Shown: positions 1 to 19,863, counted from the stretch's first letter. The stretch: DNA of 64,000 bases from Hormiphora californensis (GCA_020137815.1 CM035357.1:5828001-5892000); one strand, 5' to 3'. The notes: a model not told the origin generated them from the letters alone. A program made the numbers and translations.

Positions 1-683
1 ATTTTGGAAAACGACCTGTTTTGCTCATGAAGTAGTTCATTCTATCAGTTGTCATCGCAAACAACCGATTTTGAGCCGAAAAAGTTGCTGGATTGGAGTA
101 GGGGGCTAATAATTGCTCGAAATATGGCCCGAAAAGCCAAAAAAATTGCTCGTTTTTGCGCGACTTTTTTCAACTTCAATTTTAGACCTTCTAAGACACT
201 CAAAACCACCAGATAACTTCAGGGTCATATAGAGCATGGTTTAATTCATATTTTGAGCGCTAAATCTTGACAAAAGACCGACTAGGTCCCGAGCCACAGC
301 AATTCAAAGTGAAAAAAGGGCTTTTTGACTGAATTCTAAAAATAGCCCACAAAATCAAGGGTGAAAATCGGATGAACTTGATTTTCCTCAAATATCCCCA
401 AAATAGGTTATTCTAGCCCTACAAGGAGCCCTGAGTCTATCTGTATCTGTTTACGGATTCTACAAGGCTAACATCGAGACCTGAATTTTGTGCACGTAGA
501 CCGCAAAAAAGCTTAACTTCAGAAATTGTCTGTCACCGGTTACGTAAAACCATCCTGAACTTCAAACATGGTCGATGGGTTCTAAAATTGTCCAAACTAA
601 TCGCTTCTGTAAAAATTTTTGGTCCCTAGTGTCTAAGTGCACTCAGAAAGAGCGATTGAAAATCATTATGAATCACCCTAATA
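1..683. mobile_element. Right-hand part of a non-autonomous DNA-transposon-like repeat
   Basis: AT-rich non-coding sequence ending ...ATGAATCACCCTAATA (revcomp TATTAGGGTGATTCAT), a Tc1/mariner-like terminus next to TA. The other end lies outside the window. Confidence 0.45.
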
Positions 684-688
684 CATTA

Positions 689-840
689 CAGTGGTGCTCC
701 GTCATATTGGCCGCCCGCACAAAGCGTCGCCAAAAGTGTTCTCCACAGTCCGCTGACATTGAATACCTTTTTTTTGCATCTTGTATAGCGCTTTAGGCGG
801 TGCTGTGCGGGCGACCAATATATGACGGAGCAACAATTGT
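689..840. mobile_element. Small MITE with ~50-bp imperfect TIRs
   Basis: CAGTGGTGCTCCGTCATATTGGCCGCCCGCAC... pairs with ...GTGCGGGCGACCAATATATGACGGAGCAACAATTG. Confidence 0.65.
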
Positions 841-1426
841 TTCAGACAAAACTAATTAGTAGTTAGTTAGAAAGCACTATATCAGTGGAATTCCGAATTA
901 CTACCAAAATCGACCATGTTAGCAGTCTGCAATTAGACACGTACAAGAGAGGGAGACAGAGAGATTATAGAGGGAGAGAAAAGATACGGAGAAAAAAATA
1001 CAGATAAAGTGAGAGAAAGCAAGAAAAAGACAAAGAGTGAAAGCGAGAGAAAGGTAGAACCTGTAAAACCGACAAAAAGGGGTAGCAGGGTTTGTATTAC
1101 ATGGGGGTTCTGATTAGATAACAGCCATATCGAATGTACCATGTGTAGCTCTCTCTCTCCTGCTGTTCAGAGTGCATAGCAGTGTGAAAACACATGCTTG
1201 CAAAAATCAACTGAGACACGATCATGAAAGTCAAACAATTCATTATGCATGTGGTTAATTACACACTATGCAGTGTACATTTTAATTATCATAGTTCATA
1301 CTATCAGGTTGAGAACCCTTACAACTCTAGTATGGGGGTTGAAGCACCGTGAGATAATGAGTAAACACACACGCACAGTATTCGCAATTTGCAGTATTGT
1401 AGTTTTAGTTTTTACTTAGTACATGA

Positions 1427-1588
1427 TAGTCGGACCCCGATTTAACAGGAAGCTGGGGGAAAGGGTTCTGCCCGGTATATCGGGGTGCCCGGTATATTTC
1501 GGGGGCAAATACTATGTATTATTTTCTTGAGCTACATCGGGGTTATCCTCCCGGTAAATCGGGGTTCTGGTAAATCGGGGTCCGACTG
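1427..1588. mobile_element. CAGTCGGACCCCGATTT MITE family, copy 1
   Basis: TIRs AGTCGGACCCCGATTTA / TAAATCGGGGTCCGACT, internal CCGGTAAATCGGGG subrepeats; homologous to 22114-22285. Confidence 0.8.
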
Positions 1589-1794
1589 CAGTTGGTGACA
1601 CACGGATGACCAACATCATGAGAGGACAGGAGACACCACAAGCATTGGAGATCGCCGCACAAGATAGTTGAGACACTGGATTCAATAACAATCATAACTC
1701 CCAATTCCCATCGATCTCTCATGCGACATGCGTGTAGTGTCTCATATGTTTCTCTATAATTGTGGGCCGGGTTATCTCCACCTATGTGTGTTAC

Positions 1795-1991
1795 CTACAG
1801 TCTCCCGGAAGCCAAAAACATCAAAAATTCCCGCGGGGTTTTGCCCTCTCGAGTCTTGACCGGTGACGCTGGGGACTTGTAGCTCCTAGAACCCACCGGC
1901 GGTGTGTTTGCTGAGTGTTTGACACCCTCTGGAACCTGGACCCAGACGTACAGAGTTCGGAGAGCAGCCGCCGGAAGCCCAGGTTCGTTCC
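1795..1991 (-). other. Possible 5' exon of a gene running leftward, divergent from DYNLT1
   Basis: GC-richer block bounded on the minus strand by TTTTTTAG and GTAACAC. No recognisable product. Confidence 0.3.
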
Positions 1992-2426
1992 TAAAAAATG
2001 GAAAATCACAAAAACGCAAAAGAAAACTCAAACCAAAATCACACAATTTTGATCTTGGAATTTAGACGCGCGCATAAGAAGAAGCTGCGCGGCGCTTACA
2101 TGCAGCGTACTTTTATTTTTGCTTAGCTGCATTGACGCCGCGCTTTTTTTATGCCGCGCCGTTTTTTTTTCATTTTTGTCTTTTGAAAATATTTTTCAAT
2201 TTTCTTTGTAAACGGTAAACCTGAAAAGCGCTCCCTTATCGATAGGGTATGTGGGCTACAGTCTACAGTCTACAGACTGTAGCCTATGCCAACTTTTAAA
2301 CCCTCTATGATAAATTCAAGTTGAACTAGAGACCATTTTTTAATACATTGATTACCAGACTACGACAAACTTTTGAGTTTTCGATCGCGATCCTAAATCC
2401 TTATTCCGTGTTCCCATTTTAGCACA

Positions 2427-2771
2427 ATGGACAGTGACTTTGCCACCGGAGAGGATACTGCTTTTGTCTATGATGAGATTAGCAACATCATCAAAGAGGC
2501 TATCGAGGCAACGATCGGTGGAAATGCTTACCAACACAACAAAGTGAACCAGTGGACGAGCAACGTTGTGGAACAATGTTTGAACCAGCTCACAAAACTG
2601 GGAAAACCATTCAAGTACATTGTCAACTGTGTGATAATGCAGAAGAACGGAGCCGGTTTGAATATGTCCAACTCGTGCTACTGGGATAACGCCACCGATG
2701 GGAGCTGCACCGTCCGATGGGAGAACAAAACCATGTACTGCATTGTGAGCATCTTCGGGCTGGCCATCTAA
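2427..2771 (+). CDS. DYNLT1: Dynein light chain Tctex-type 1, intronless
   Basis: 114 aa with Tctex1 hallmarks [61 protein letters not shown]. Confidence 0.97.
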   Translation: MDSDFATGEDTAFVYDEISNIIKEAIEATIGGNAYQHNKVNQWTSNVVEQCLNQLTKLGKPFKYIVNCVIMQKNGAGLNMSNSCYWDNATDGSCTVRWENKTMYCIVSIFGLAI

Positions 2772-3056
2772 ACAGTAAACACATTGTGATATGAACTGAG
2801 AGAGAACAGAGAAACTGCAGAGCAGAGGGTTGGATGATTGTGTGTGTGTGACGTTTGGACTAGCAAACAAGAATGTCCAAATGTTCAATTTTATTTTTGT
2901 AAATATTATACACACGTCTAATGTATGTGAATATTGATATTTGCTAGCCAAAACTTTTGTTTTCTTAACCTCTAAGTATACCAACCTTTATAATACCCTT
3001 CCTAATAACACCTAGTCAACCATAAACACGACCCCTTTTATCTAGGTGGTTGATGT

Positions 3057-6000
3057 ATGGACCAGTACATACGGTCCCAACTGCTCAGTGCGGTCCAGAA
3101 TAAAGACAATGGCAAACTCAAGGCAGCATATGAAAAGATTAAATCTGAAGGTGAGATAAACTGTTTTGTATATTGACTGTATTGTTTTTTTTTGACTCCT
3201 CCTTCCCCTCATAACTTCCCTTTTCTCTGCAGGTGCCTCAGAGACCCTGAGTCCAGATCTCTTTGTAATATGTGCTGAATCAGCCATCACCATCAACCTG
3301 ATAGCTAACCATGACCTGATCAACGAGGCCTTAACATTTTACATCACTCTGAAACCCAAGGAGAACCAATTCCTTGCCCGTAGCTACCTGTGCCACGCTC
3401 ACCTTAACAAACCCATGTCAACGAGAGACACAGAAAAACTCGAGAAATGCACCTATTTCATCCACAAAGCGGTCACCTTTGGCCTCCAAAACTCGCGGTA
3501 CCATTTTATCGTTGTGAATGCTTCAATTCTGTTTTGGAAGCTGGTCAGACCATTCCTGGTGCTTCAAAGTATCCACAAAGTGGTGGGTATCCTAGGCATT
3601 ATTGTGAAGGCCCTAAACCAGATAGATGACAACAACAAAAAGTGGATCCTCAGTGTTACCATGGCATACATAGAGAGTTTGTACCGGAGTAACCAGTTTG
3701 ATGCTGCAGTGAAGGAGACCAAGGCCGCCCTAAAGTTGGCCCGGAGCCAATGCCAAGAAGTTCTCCCTGAGTTGGTTTCCAAGTTGTCTAACTACGGGCT
3801 AGTTCTGGGTAAGGATGTTGATACACTTCCACTAAATCTGATCCTGGTTTATGAGATCAATACATTCCGGGCTAGGGAATCAAGTGAGCAAGACAAGGGC
3901 AAGGGAAAGAAGAATCTCGATGGTATTATTGGGAGGGTTGTGGAAGGTCGTGATGAGGAGAAATTGGATCCGGACACAGCAAATGATCTCCTCCTTGAGA
4001 TACTTCTCATTTCTCTGCAACATCGCCAATCCGAGACCGCCCAGACTGCTCTAGATGAGATGAGGCGACCTTTCACGGACGTCGATTTTGAGTTTCGTGT
4101 CAAGTTTGCCGAGGCTGATCTGATCATAAAGAAGTTGGGGGTCGAGGAGCAGAGTTACAAGAAGAGTGTGCTAACTGTCCGTCTGAAGGCTGTGACTCTA
4201 TGTCAGGAAGCTCTAACATCCTGTATCAGTGAATCTGCTGCAGCTACGGTCCAATCGGGCTGCGTCACCCTCTGGAACCTCATCCTCCCCCTCCTGCAAC
4301 CCAATCTCAGACAGAGGGTACTGGGTCCCCTGAAGCTGATCGCCTCAGCTCTGGAGGGACTGCAGAGTATGTTGGTTCTACTGCGATGCCAGGTTCACAT
4401 GGAGCTTGCAAAGTGTTTCCAAGACCAAGAGAGACTAATTGAAGCCCTGGAGAATTTCAACAAAGCACTTCATTTAGATCCTGATGGGCAATACAAGGAG
4501 AACATAATGTACCATATCAAGTGTATTAATCTCAAGACAAATCTCTACAAGAAACCAGATACACTTGAGGAAAAGGCAGGGTTCCTGTTGGAGCAAGCGA
4601 AGTCTGCCCGTGATGCCAAGGCTAGGTTGCAGCCTCTTCTACTCCAGGTTGGGGAATATCTAGCTCCCAACACGTTCAACTGGGGTTTAAAGGAGCTGGG
4701 AGAAAATAGCCAGAACTGTTCCTCTCTAATTGTCTTGAAAGACAAGATAACTAAATTCCGGGAAGCGAAGGAGAAGGGGAAATCGGAGATGAACAGGCTA
4801 GCTGATGTCAACACGCATGAGCGGTTTATTCTGTGGAGTGATGTTGCTAAACTTGCTAGGAAGGAGGAGGTTTGGGATGTGGCTCTCACTGCCTCTCGGT
4901 TCGCGCTGTGGTTCGAGGACAGGTACTCCCAGCATCCCCTGTCTGATGTGGAAGATATTGAGAGCGTGAGGAAGTCAAATACAAGCCGGGCTAGTTCTAT
5001 GAAGTCAGAAAAACCGAAGGAAATCAAACCATCCAAGCCTAAACTGAGTAATTTCACCAAATCGAATGCGATCCTTTTAGCAGAGCTGAATTTTATCTAC
5101 GCGGAGTCTCTAATCTACTTTATGCAACAAGAAGGTATCACCCTTGGCCAATCGCCCCAACTTCCCCGACACATAGTCGGAGGGGAGGAGGAGCTAAAGG
5201 CCCACATTGACTACCCCCACTGGCAGCTGTATTGTGAGTGGATCACGGAGGTCCAAGAGGAATGTGTGTCCCACTTCCTGAAGGGTGGTGCACAAGGTGT
5301 TGCTCTGAAGGAGTGGTGGTTGTTAAACAACGCAGCAGTATACATTTGGAACTATCTGAAGAAGAGTACTGATGGTGGTGTGTATGCGGTAGAGTGGTTG
5401 TCTCAAGGGTATAACCTTCTCATTTCATCCCGTGGTCATGCTGATTATGTCCTGGTTTGTCAGTTTGTGGAGGCCCTCGTACAAGGCTATCTGACAAAAC
5501 ACAAAGTTGCAAAACTCCTTACTGGTACTCGAACTCCCTCTCCAACAAGAAAAAGCCCCGGAGGCACGGTCAAACCGAAGTCAGGTAAGAAGAGTGCTAC
5601 ACCGGTCCAGGCTAAGGGTGGCGCTAAGGGTGGTAAGAAAGACCCCAAAGACAACGGTCTAAATCTGGATCCAGCAGTGGTCGAGGACATCACCAAAGCA
5701 ATCCAAATCTCGGAAACTGTCTACTCACAGATTGTTGGTAAGGGAAGTGTGGGGCTTCAAAAGCGGAAGGCTCTCTTGTGTCAGTGGGTGCAGTGTAAAC
5801 AGGTGATGGGACAACCTCTGAAGACACTCCTACCTGACGAGGAGAAAACTGATGATCTCTCGGTGTGCTGTAAGAGCATCGTCGCTGTTGAGATGAGCAA
5901 CCTCAACACGAATGGTTATTACGTGTTCCCAAACACCCCGTCCATGCAAGAAGCGGTAAAGATGGTAGATGGATGTACCTGGTCAGACAAGTTGATTGAG

Positions 6001-9000
6001 TTGGAGGTATGGACTAAAATGGCAAGTTTGGCACTCAAACTAAACAACAGCGACTTTGTTGAGAGTTGCTGTGGGAGGATTGCCAAGCTGCAGGAGGAAA
6101 ATCCCAAGATTATCAAGTCTGGATCAACAGCTAACAAGTTGATTTGCTATCACAACCTGATCCTTGGGAAGACAGCTTTGAAGAGTGGAGGTGGGGTTGA
6201 GGAGAGGTTGCCTGCAATGGAATCCTTCACTCGTGCTGCACATCACGCTCAACTGGCAAGGGATTATGAGCTGGCCATGGAGGTGGTACAACACTATTGG
6301 AATGCAATACTGCCACATCTACCCAAGAAATATGAGAGGAGCCTGTTGAAAGGGACTTTGAAGGATGTCCTGGCGGTGATTGGAAAACTAGCCCCGGATA
6401 AAAACCAGAAATTACTGGATATCTCTCCGAAAAAGCAGAAGGAAATCGATTTGAGATCTCATCTGTACAGCGCCTTGTTTATCATCTACCTCGATGAAAA
6501 AGATTGGAATTCTGGCCTTGAGGAAGCAGAGAAAGCTGCCCTATCACTGCCTCGCCCAACTCACCCCTTAGTCCTCAAATACCGGACCTTATTCAAGGTA
6601 AACCTGGGACTGTCACCTAACGGGGACATGGCGAAACTAGAGAGAATCGAGCGAGAAGATGCAGTATCCGATATGTGGCATCGTGTCTCTCTAACATCTT
6701 CTAACAGAGAGGAACAACTATACGCCCTCCAGCAATCTATCATGCTGCTTGAAGACCCCAATCTGCGGGTCAAAAAGGTGGAGTGTATCATTAGGTTTGC
6801 AGAGTGGTTATTCACCAACCAGTTCCCTGTACGTGATGTCATTGATCAGCTGGATTGGGCGATGGACGTTGTTATTGGGTTGAAGACTGAGAACAGGGGC
6901 ACTGTCCTAATGCCCATTGAGGAACAGGAAGAAGCAAAGAAAAGTAGGAGTGTACCCCAGACCCAGAGTATTCGAACACGACAAACCACCTCCAGCAACA
7001 TCGTCTCTCTAAATGAGGAAAAGGTTGATATTATAACCCGACCAAAGCCACTTCTGGCCTATGTCGAGGAGAAGATGGAGGAGGTGTGTGATATTGGTGA
7101 TGTCCAGAGAGGTGAACTGATTGCTAGGATCCTTGTTATCAAGAGTAAGATGATGTTGTATAGTGGGGAGGGTGTCAAACAGACCATGCTGCTCGCCTTC
7201 CATATTTACCGACATATCCTCAAGACATGTCTCATGAACCTTGACCAGGGTGCTAGTAGTGGTGGAGGGGAGGATAAGCCTGGGACAAGGGATGGGCCAC
7301 CTGCCAAAAAAGGAAAAGGTGGAGGAGGTGATGCTAAGGCTAAAATGTCTACCAAGTCGATCAATGTTTCCCTGCCCCAGAATTTGGGGGAGTGGGCCAT
7401 TTTCTCTCTGCCCGAAAACATCTCGGAGCTCCTTGCGGATAGGTTTGATACCTGCACCTTTAACAAACTAACCTTCCCCCAACCTGAACTGAGTTTCCAC
7501 TACTTGGACGAGCTGTGCCGGCAACTCTCTCTAATGGGCCTAACCGATCAACTTCTCCCTCTCTATGCAGTACAAGAAGTCCTCTCCGTGTCGGTCCTAC
7601 CCAACCCCCATCTCCGATCCCTTGTCCACCAGAAGGCAGCTGTAGCATGCCAACAACTCCAACTATTCCAAGGGTTCAACCATCACCTGTCCATGGTGGA
7701 CTGCGAGCTGGAACAGCAGTTTGTTGACAATGTTATTGATCACGGGTTGTACACAGGGAAAAACAAACAGAAAGTACCTCTACCCATGGGGCTGGATGAG
7801 AACTCTCCAATTCGAGATTCTATAATTAACTCCATTCACATTCATGATATCCAGATAGAAAAGGCGGAGCTGTTGATTAAAACTGGAGATTTTAGATCTG
7901 CTATCACCATGCTGGAGCAAGTTCTACCCCATCTCGAGATATTTGAGGAGTCTAAAAAGAGCTACACTTATGTCGTGGCACTTCTAGCCGCCTCCCAAAC
8001 CAATTACACTGAAGCACTGGAGCATCTGTGTGAACTAAAGAACATACCAACCAACATCGACAAAACAACCAAGCTAATGATGACAATTCTAGAAATGTTG
8101 GTGAAATTAGATGCGGGGGCTGTGCCTGGAGTTGCTGAGAAGCTGATTGCACACCTTCAGGAGATGCAAACACGATGCAAGAACAACTCAACCCAAATCT
8201 ACTATTCTATCTCTCAAATCCAGTGTCTCAGTGCCCGGTGTCAGATCACCGCACTCATATCATCCTCTCCTGATCTCTCATCTTCGGGGGTTGAAAAAGT
8301 TTTGGATCTCTGCCAGATTTATGACAGGAGCATCGCAGTGTTCTCTAACCTGGGATTCACCCTGGAGGCAGCGGAGGCCATGCACGATCTGAGCCAACTC
8401 AAGTTCCAACTGTGTGACTTAGAACAAGGTACAGATTTCCACAAATGTATGTTTGTTGAATCAGTAGAGAGCTCCCAGGGTGCCCTGAAGCTACTGAACG
8501 AGGAGCAGGCGGCTCTGAAAGAACTGGGTGTATCTGAGAGTAAGATGACGAGATACAATAGTGCCCTGGTTAGGACATATTGTCACCTTTCGGAGATGCT
8601 ATGTAGACTGGCGTGTGATGTCGCAAAACACAACAAGACTGTCCGGATTGCTGATTCTAAAAAGTGCCAGATCGACAAGAAAATAGAGAGTTACATCTCA
8701 GAGCCGATCAATCTCTCGAGTCTCGATGAGAGATGGTCCAAGTTGTCGTTCAGCGCGATGGAGCTAAGTAGGTCGTACGGAGCTAATGCCGTCCGGCTTG
8801 CCCAACAGTTCCACCTAGAGTTCGATGCCTCAGCCCAGCTTGCACTTGGTCGTGCCCTAACTGAGTCATCCCGAGACTACTTCGAGGACTGTCTCGATGT
8901 TTGGGATACTGATGTCTCCATGGAGACTGCCGTGGAGACACGCGGTGTCCAGGAAGAGGTGTCCTCGCTCCGGTACCTTGTCTCCAGTGTGGAATATCTC

Positions 9001-10837
9001 TCCCAGGCTGCCCAGATATCTCTACTAAAACAGGACCACCCAACCCTGCAAAGGGCTTGTTTCGAGATTATCAGTAGGTTGGGGTACAGCGCTCCCAACA
9101 TTTCAGCTCAGTACCTCATGTTATACCAGAGTTCTCAGGCTGCAGTTTGGTTAAAATCCCTCCTGGTGGAATCTCTTCACTGGCCTACCAAGTCCAAATT
9201 AGGCTCCCTCGTCCTCCAGCTTCAGGAGACGTACAAAGCTGGGAACTTTCATCTGTACGGGAAATGTTTTGACGAGCTTGTTAAGTCGAATCTAAGTTGG
9301 CGAAGACTTCTTCTGTTCGAGAACCACCTTGATCTAATGCAGGAAATGGACGAGAAACAGTACTTCCTGGTTCTTCAACACTCCCCCTGTAACAAGTACC
9401 TGTTCTCTTCCCTTGTCAGGGTTCCAAAACAGCCGGGTAAAGCACCCAGTGAATCTCTCACCAAGATATCTAGAGTTGAGGTTGATTACGGTGTGCTAGA
9501 GAGTGTAAAGAGAATGTATGATGCGTACCAGATCGCCCGGCATCGAGCTATGATTAAACTGGTTCACTTTTACAAACACAAAAACCAGGTCGCAGATCGG
9601 AAGATCCTGCTCGACCAACTGGGTGTGTCACGAGAGGAAGTTGGGAGTGAGAACTTTGCATCTGTACTAGAGGAGGAGGTTAGCAAATGTGATGCGTTCT
9701 ATCACCGGATAATATTAACTCTCTGGGAGTATCTGGAACCCGCTATAACTCCATTCCTAGCAGACTTCAAGGGAATACTTGACCCGGAATGTTCGGTTGT
9801 CCTTTTGGCGGATATTGTCCTTCAGGAGTTGCCTCTTGAAGCCCTTCCCCTGGGCAAGATAGGGCAGGTTCGTAATCCTCACTCGGGATCTCTCTCTCCA
9901 GACTTTCCATCACCGGATCCTGAGTTACGTGGTAACAAAACAACTCGAAAACCCGGTCCCAGTTGACGCTAAAAAGGGTGCCAAGACACCAGTGAGCTCA
10001 GCTCGGGGCGAGAGAAGTAAGAAGACCCTTGAGAAGAGGGTCTTCCCATGACAAACTACCTCTAGTCCCAACTGTCCTAGACCCGAACGGTGTGAAGTAT
10101 GTGATAAACAGTGACACTACTCTCTCCTGTGGTGATCTCAGTATGGCAGATGAGATTGGGGAAGTTCTGAAAGAGACAGCTGCCAAGACAGGACGATGGT
10201 CCGGCACTGTCCTGTCTGATTCACAGTGCTCCACGGTAGAACTTCAGGAACTACTGACAACATGTTCTGGATTTGTGTACTGTGGTATCGGATCTCTCTC
10301 CTCTCTTACTACCCAGTGATTTACTGAGCTGCCTCGATTTAAAGAGTTGTAACCTGCCATATAGTGTGTGACAAAGTGGTCAGTGGTCAGACACTGAAAC
10401 TGGAGACCCGGAAGGGAGGGAAAGAAAGTAAGGAGGGTGTCTTGTCCCCTCTCCAACTAGCAGGGATTGTTGTATCTAGGAGGGAGTGTCCTGTCTCTAG
10501 TTAGTCTTCACGAGTGTAGCTCAGACAAGAATATCACTTTCCTTGGGTACTCTCCTGAAGAATCTGGTTGAGAAAGATCTGAGTGTGGGCTCTGCACTCC
10601 ATCTTACCAGGTATCCCCCTGATCCCGCTACCACCCCAGCAGAGCCAACTACCCCGGTACCCAAGGGTAAGGCTAAACCAGCAAAGGCTAAGGAAGTGAC
10701 AGTTAATGTTGATGAGCTACCAGATATTGAGTTGAAAATACCAGAGACTAATTGATTGTGATTTGTACAACTTGGCATCGTTTGGTGTCCCACATTTAAC
10801 GATGGGCGAGATGCAACCTGTTACTGGAAAGAAATAA
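3057..10837 (+). CDS. CFAP46: Cilia- and flagella-associated protein 46 (TTC40). Exon 1 3057-3150; exon 2 3233-10837, with frameshifts after ~9870
   Basis: Spliced N-terminus MDQYIRSQLL..AYEKIKSE|GASETLSPDLFVICAE..NQFLARSYLC..RYHFIVVNASILFWKLVRPFL matches the CFAP46 N-terminus as I recall it. GT-AG intron 3151-3232 is in frame with the 2183-aa ORF. C-terminal motifs (ELPLEAL, RDLSLQ, TCSGFVYCG, YNLASFGVP) continue in shifted frames to TAA 10835-10837. Confidence 0.9.
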
Positions 10838-11700
10838 AGAAATATATACTAACTTTTGAAAGTGTAGTAGGACAAGAAATGTGTGTTTTGTACAAAGAGT
10901 TTGTTAGAATTTCAGTTCTTCGTCGCCCTAAGATAATTATGCGTTCTGATTTTTCCAATAATTAGAAGACATGATTCCCGGAATAGACCGTCCTTCTTAA
11001 TTTCCGTCCTTGATACTTGGGGAACTTCAAGGGTCTGCATGGGAATCGAAAACCAGCATTCCCCGTCTTGGCAAAATTCAGTTACCCCGGCACACACATC
11101 CCTCCTTACTTTGCGTAACGCGCCGCTACAATCTTGTAAAGTGAGCGGCGCGCGTCTTCAGTCGTTACCTGGACAACAGTTGGACCACACAGCTCTGCAG
11201 CAGCGACTGTTGCAGGGATCAGTCACGTGGGGTAACAGATGTATTGCATGTCAGTAGCCACATCAAGCTGCGCAGAGTTCTAACAGCTCCCTCGACTACA
11301 GGAAGGCAGCGGTAGAACAAGCGGGCACAGTTGCTGGAAAGAAACAAATAAAAACAGTATCTTTTTTGAAACATTTTAATGCATAATCTACATTTGGTGT
11401 GATTTCGTCAAATATTTGGCATTTGTCATGAACACTCTAGCGTCACTCAACACAGTAAAATTTTGTGAATTAAAGCGTGTTGAACCAAATTAACTTTAGA
11501 GGGTCTTGCCCAGAATAGGTAACGAAATGTTCCGTACACTTTTAAAAAGAGGGAAAACTTTAATAACGGTCTCTGACTTCATAGCGCAATATATATGTCA
11601 AGTAATATCTCGACCTCAAGATGAAAAGAATTCAAAAACGTCAAAACGTAGTCCCATTTAATAGATTCACTCTCAAAGTCTCTGTTTTACCACCCATTCC

Positions 11701-18651
<6,951 letters not shown>

Positions 18652-18806
18652 AATACTAGGCAAAAAAGAGAAGAATTATTTTGAATTGTTAGACAATTAA
18701 AAACGAAGGTATCAACAGACAAAAACTCTCTTACACACATACACATTCGCTATAAAAACGTTAAAACTTTTGCAATAAATTAAAGCACACACACATTCTA
18801 AAAACA

Positions 18807-19452
18807 TCAAGATCCCAAATTTGGCAAACTGCCCACTCCCCCGGGTGGGGGTGGAAGAGATCCGAGTCCACCCGGTAAACCAGACATTAAACCCGGCATG
18901 GCTGGTGGCGGCGGTGGTGTTTCTGCCAAGATAGTACCCTGAGTGAACTCAGAAGTGGGCGGCATTAGAGGTTTCAATGTGTTCACAATCCTACTCATCA
19001 TCTCAGGGATAGCGGCACTGCACTTGCTAGCACACGCACTGGTACACTGCTCCATCTGAGATTGTTGTTCGGGTGTTTTGTTCGAGCTGAACCCATACAC
19101 ATCATCTTGACAGGTCTGGGCACATCGGTTCAATCTTTCACTAATCATGTTCATCTCCTGTTGGACGTACGAGCTTGCCTGGGGAGTGGGGAATAAAACA
19201 TAAACTAGGAAGCTTCACTAGATTATACTGCTTTTATTTTAGAAATATTTCATAAGTTTATAAACTGTGATGATTTACTACCTGAGAGGCAGGGCCCATG
19301 GCCCGTTCGACACAGGCTTGGCGACTGGATTTAGGGGCACCACGCTGGAAGCATGCGCTGGCGTTTTTGTAACCATATCCCTGGATTGGCGCCATAATCT
19401 CATCCTCGATCTTCTCAGTTACTTGATTAACTTCAGCCTGAAGCTTCTCCAT
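18807..19452 (-). CDS. FAM136A: FAM136A (DUF842) with Pro/Gly-rich C-terminal extension. Exons 19452-19282 and 19178-18807
   Basis: KNASACF..RQACVERAMGP..YVQQEMNMISERLNRCAQTCQD..MEQCTSACASKC..IPEMMSRI fits the Cx3C pattern of the family; phase-0 GT-AG intron. Confidence 0.85.
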
Positions 19453-19863
19453 GGTCTAATGATTGGATAGATTAGACGCACAAACCCGGGGTAACTGGGA
19501 CTGGGTTATCAGGAAAACGACTTGCAACCATTTTTCAACTGTTCACTCCCTCTTTTACGTACAAATACAAATACAAATACAATTATAATTTATATCCCGC
19601 TTTTGGGCCTATGCATTGTTAGTGCTAGGAGGACGCCGTTTCAATCAGTCGATTGAAGCAACGCACCCACCACTAACAAGCCTTCTAAAGCGGCTCTTAT
19701 AGGATTATAAGATCCTAAAGGCCTTAAAAAACCGTCGGCAGTCATTCGATATAATATATATAAATGTATGTAGAAAATAAGGGTTATAAAATATCTAATT
19801 AAAAAATAGCGTAATTAATTCGTTGAGTGATTAAGTAGTTAGATAATTGAGAAATTAACTAGT

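Noticed and set aside
2352-2984. 210-aa antisense ORF over DYNLT1, and similar ORFs over CFAP46, TauE and ENT
   Set aside because: Shadow frames of real CDSs with no motifs.
9865-10760. Programmed frameshifting or insertional RNA editing in CFAP46
   Set aside because: No shared slippery motif; scattered 1-bp slips in four genes point to consensus errors.
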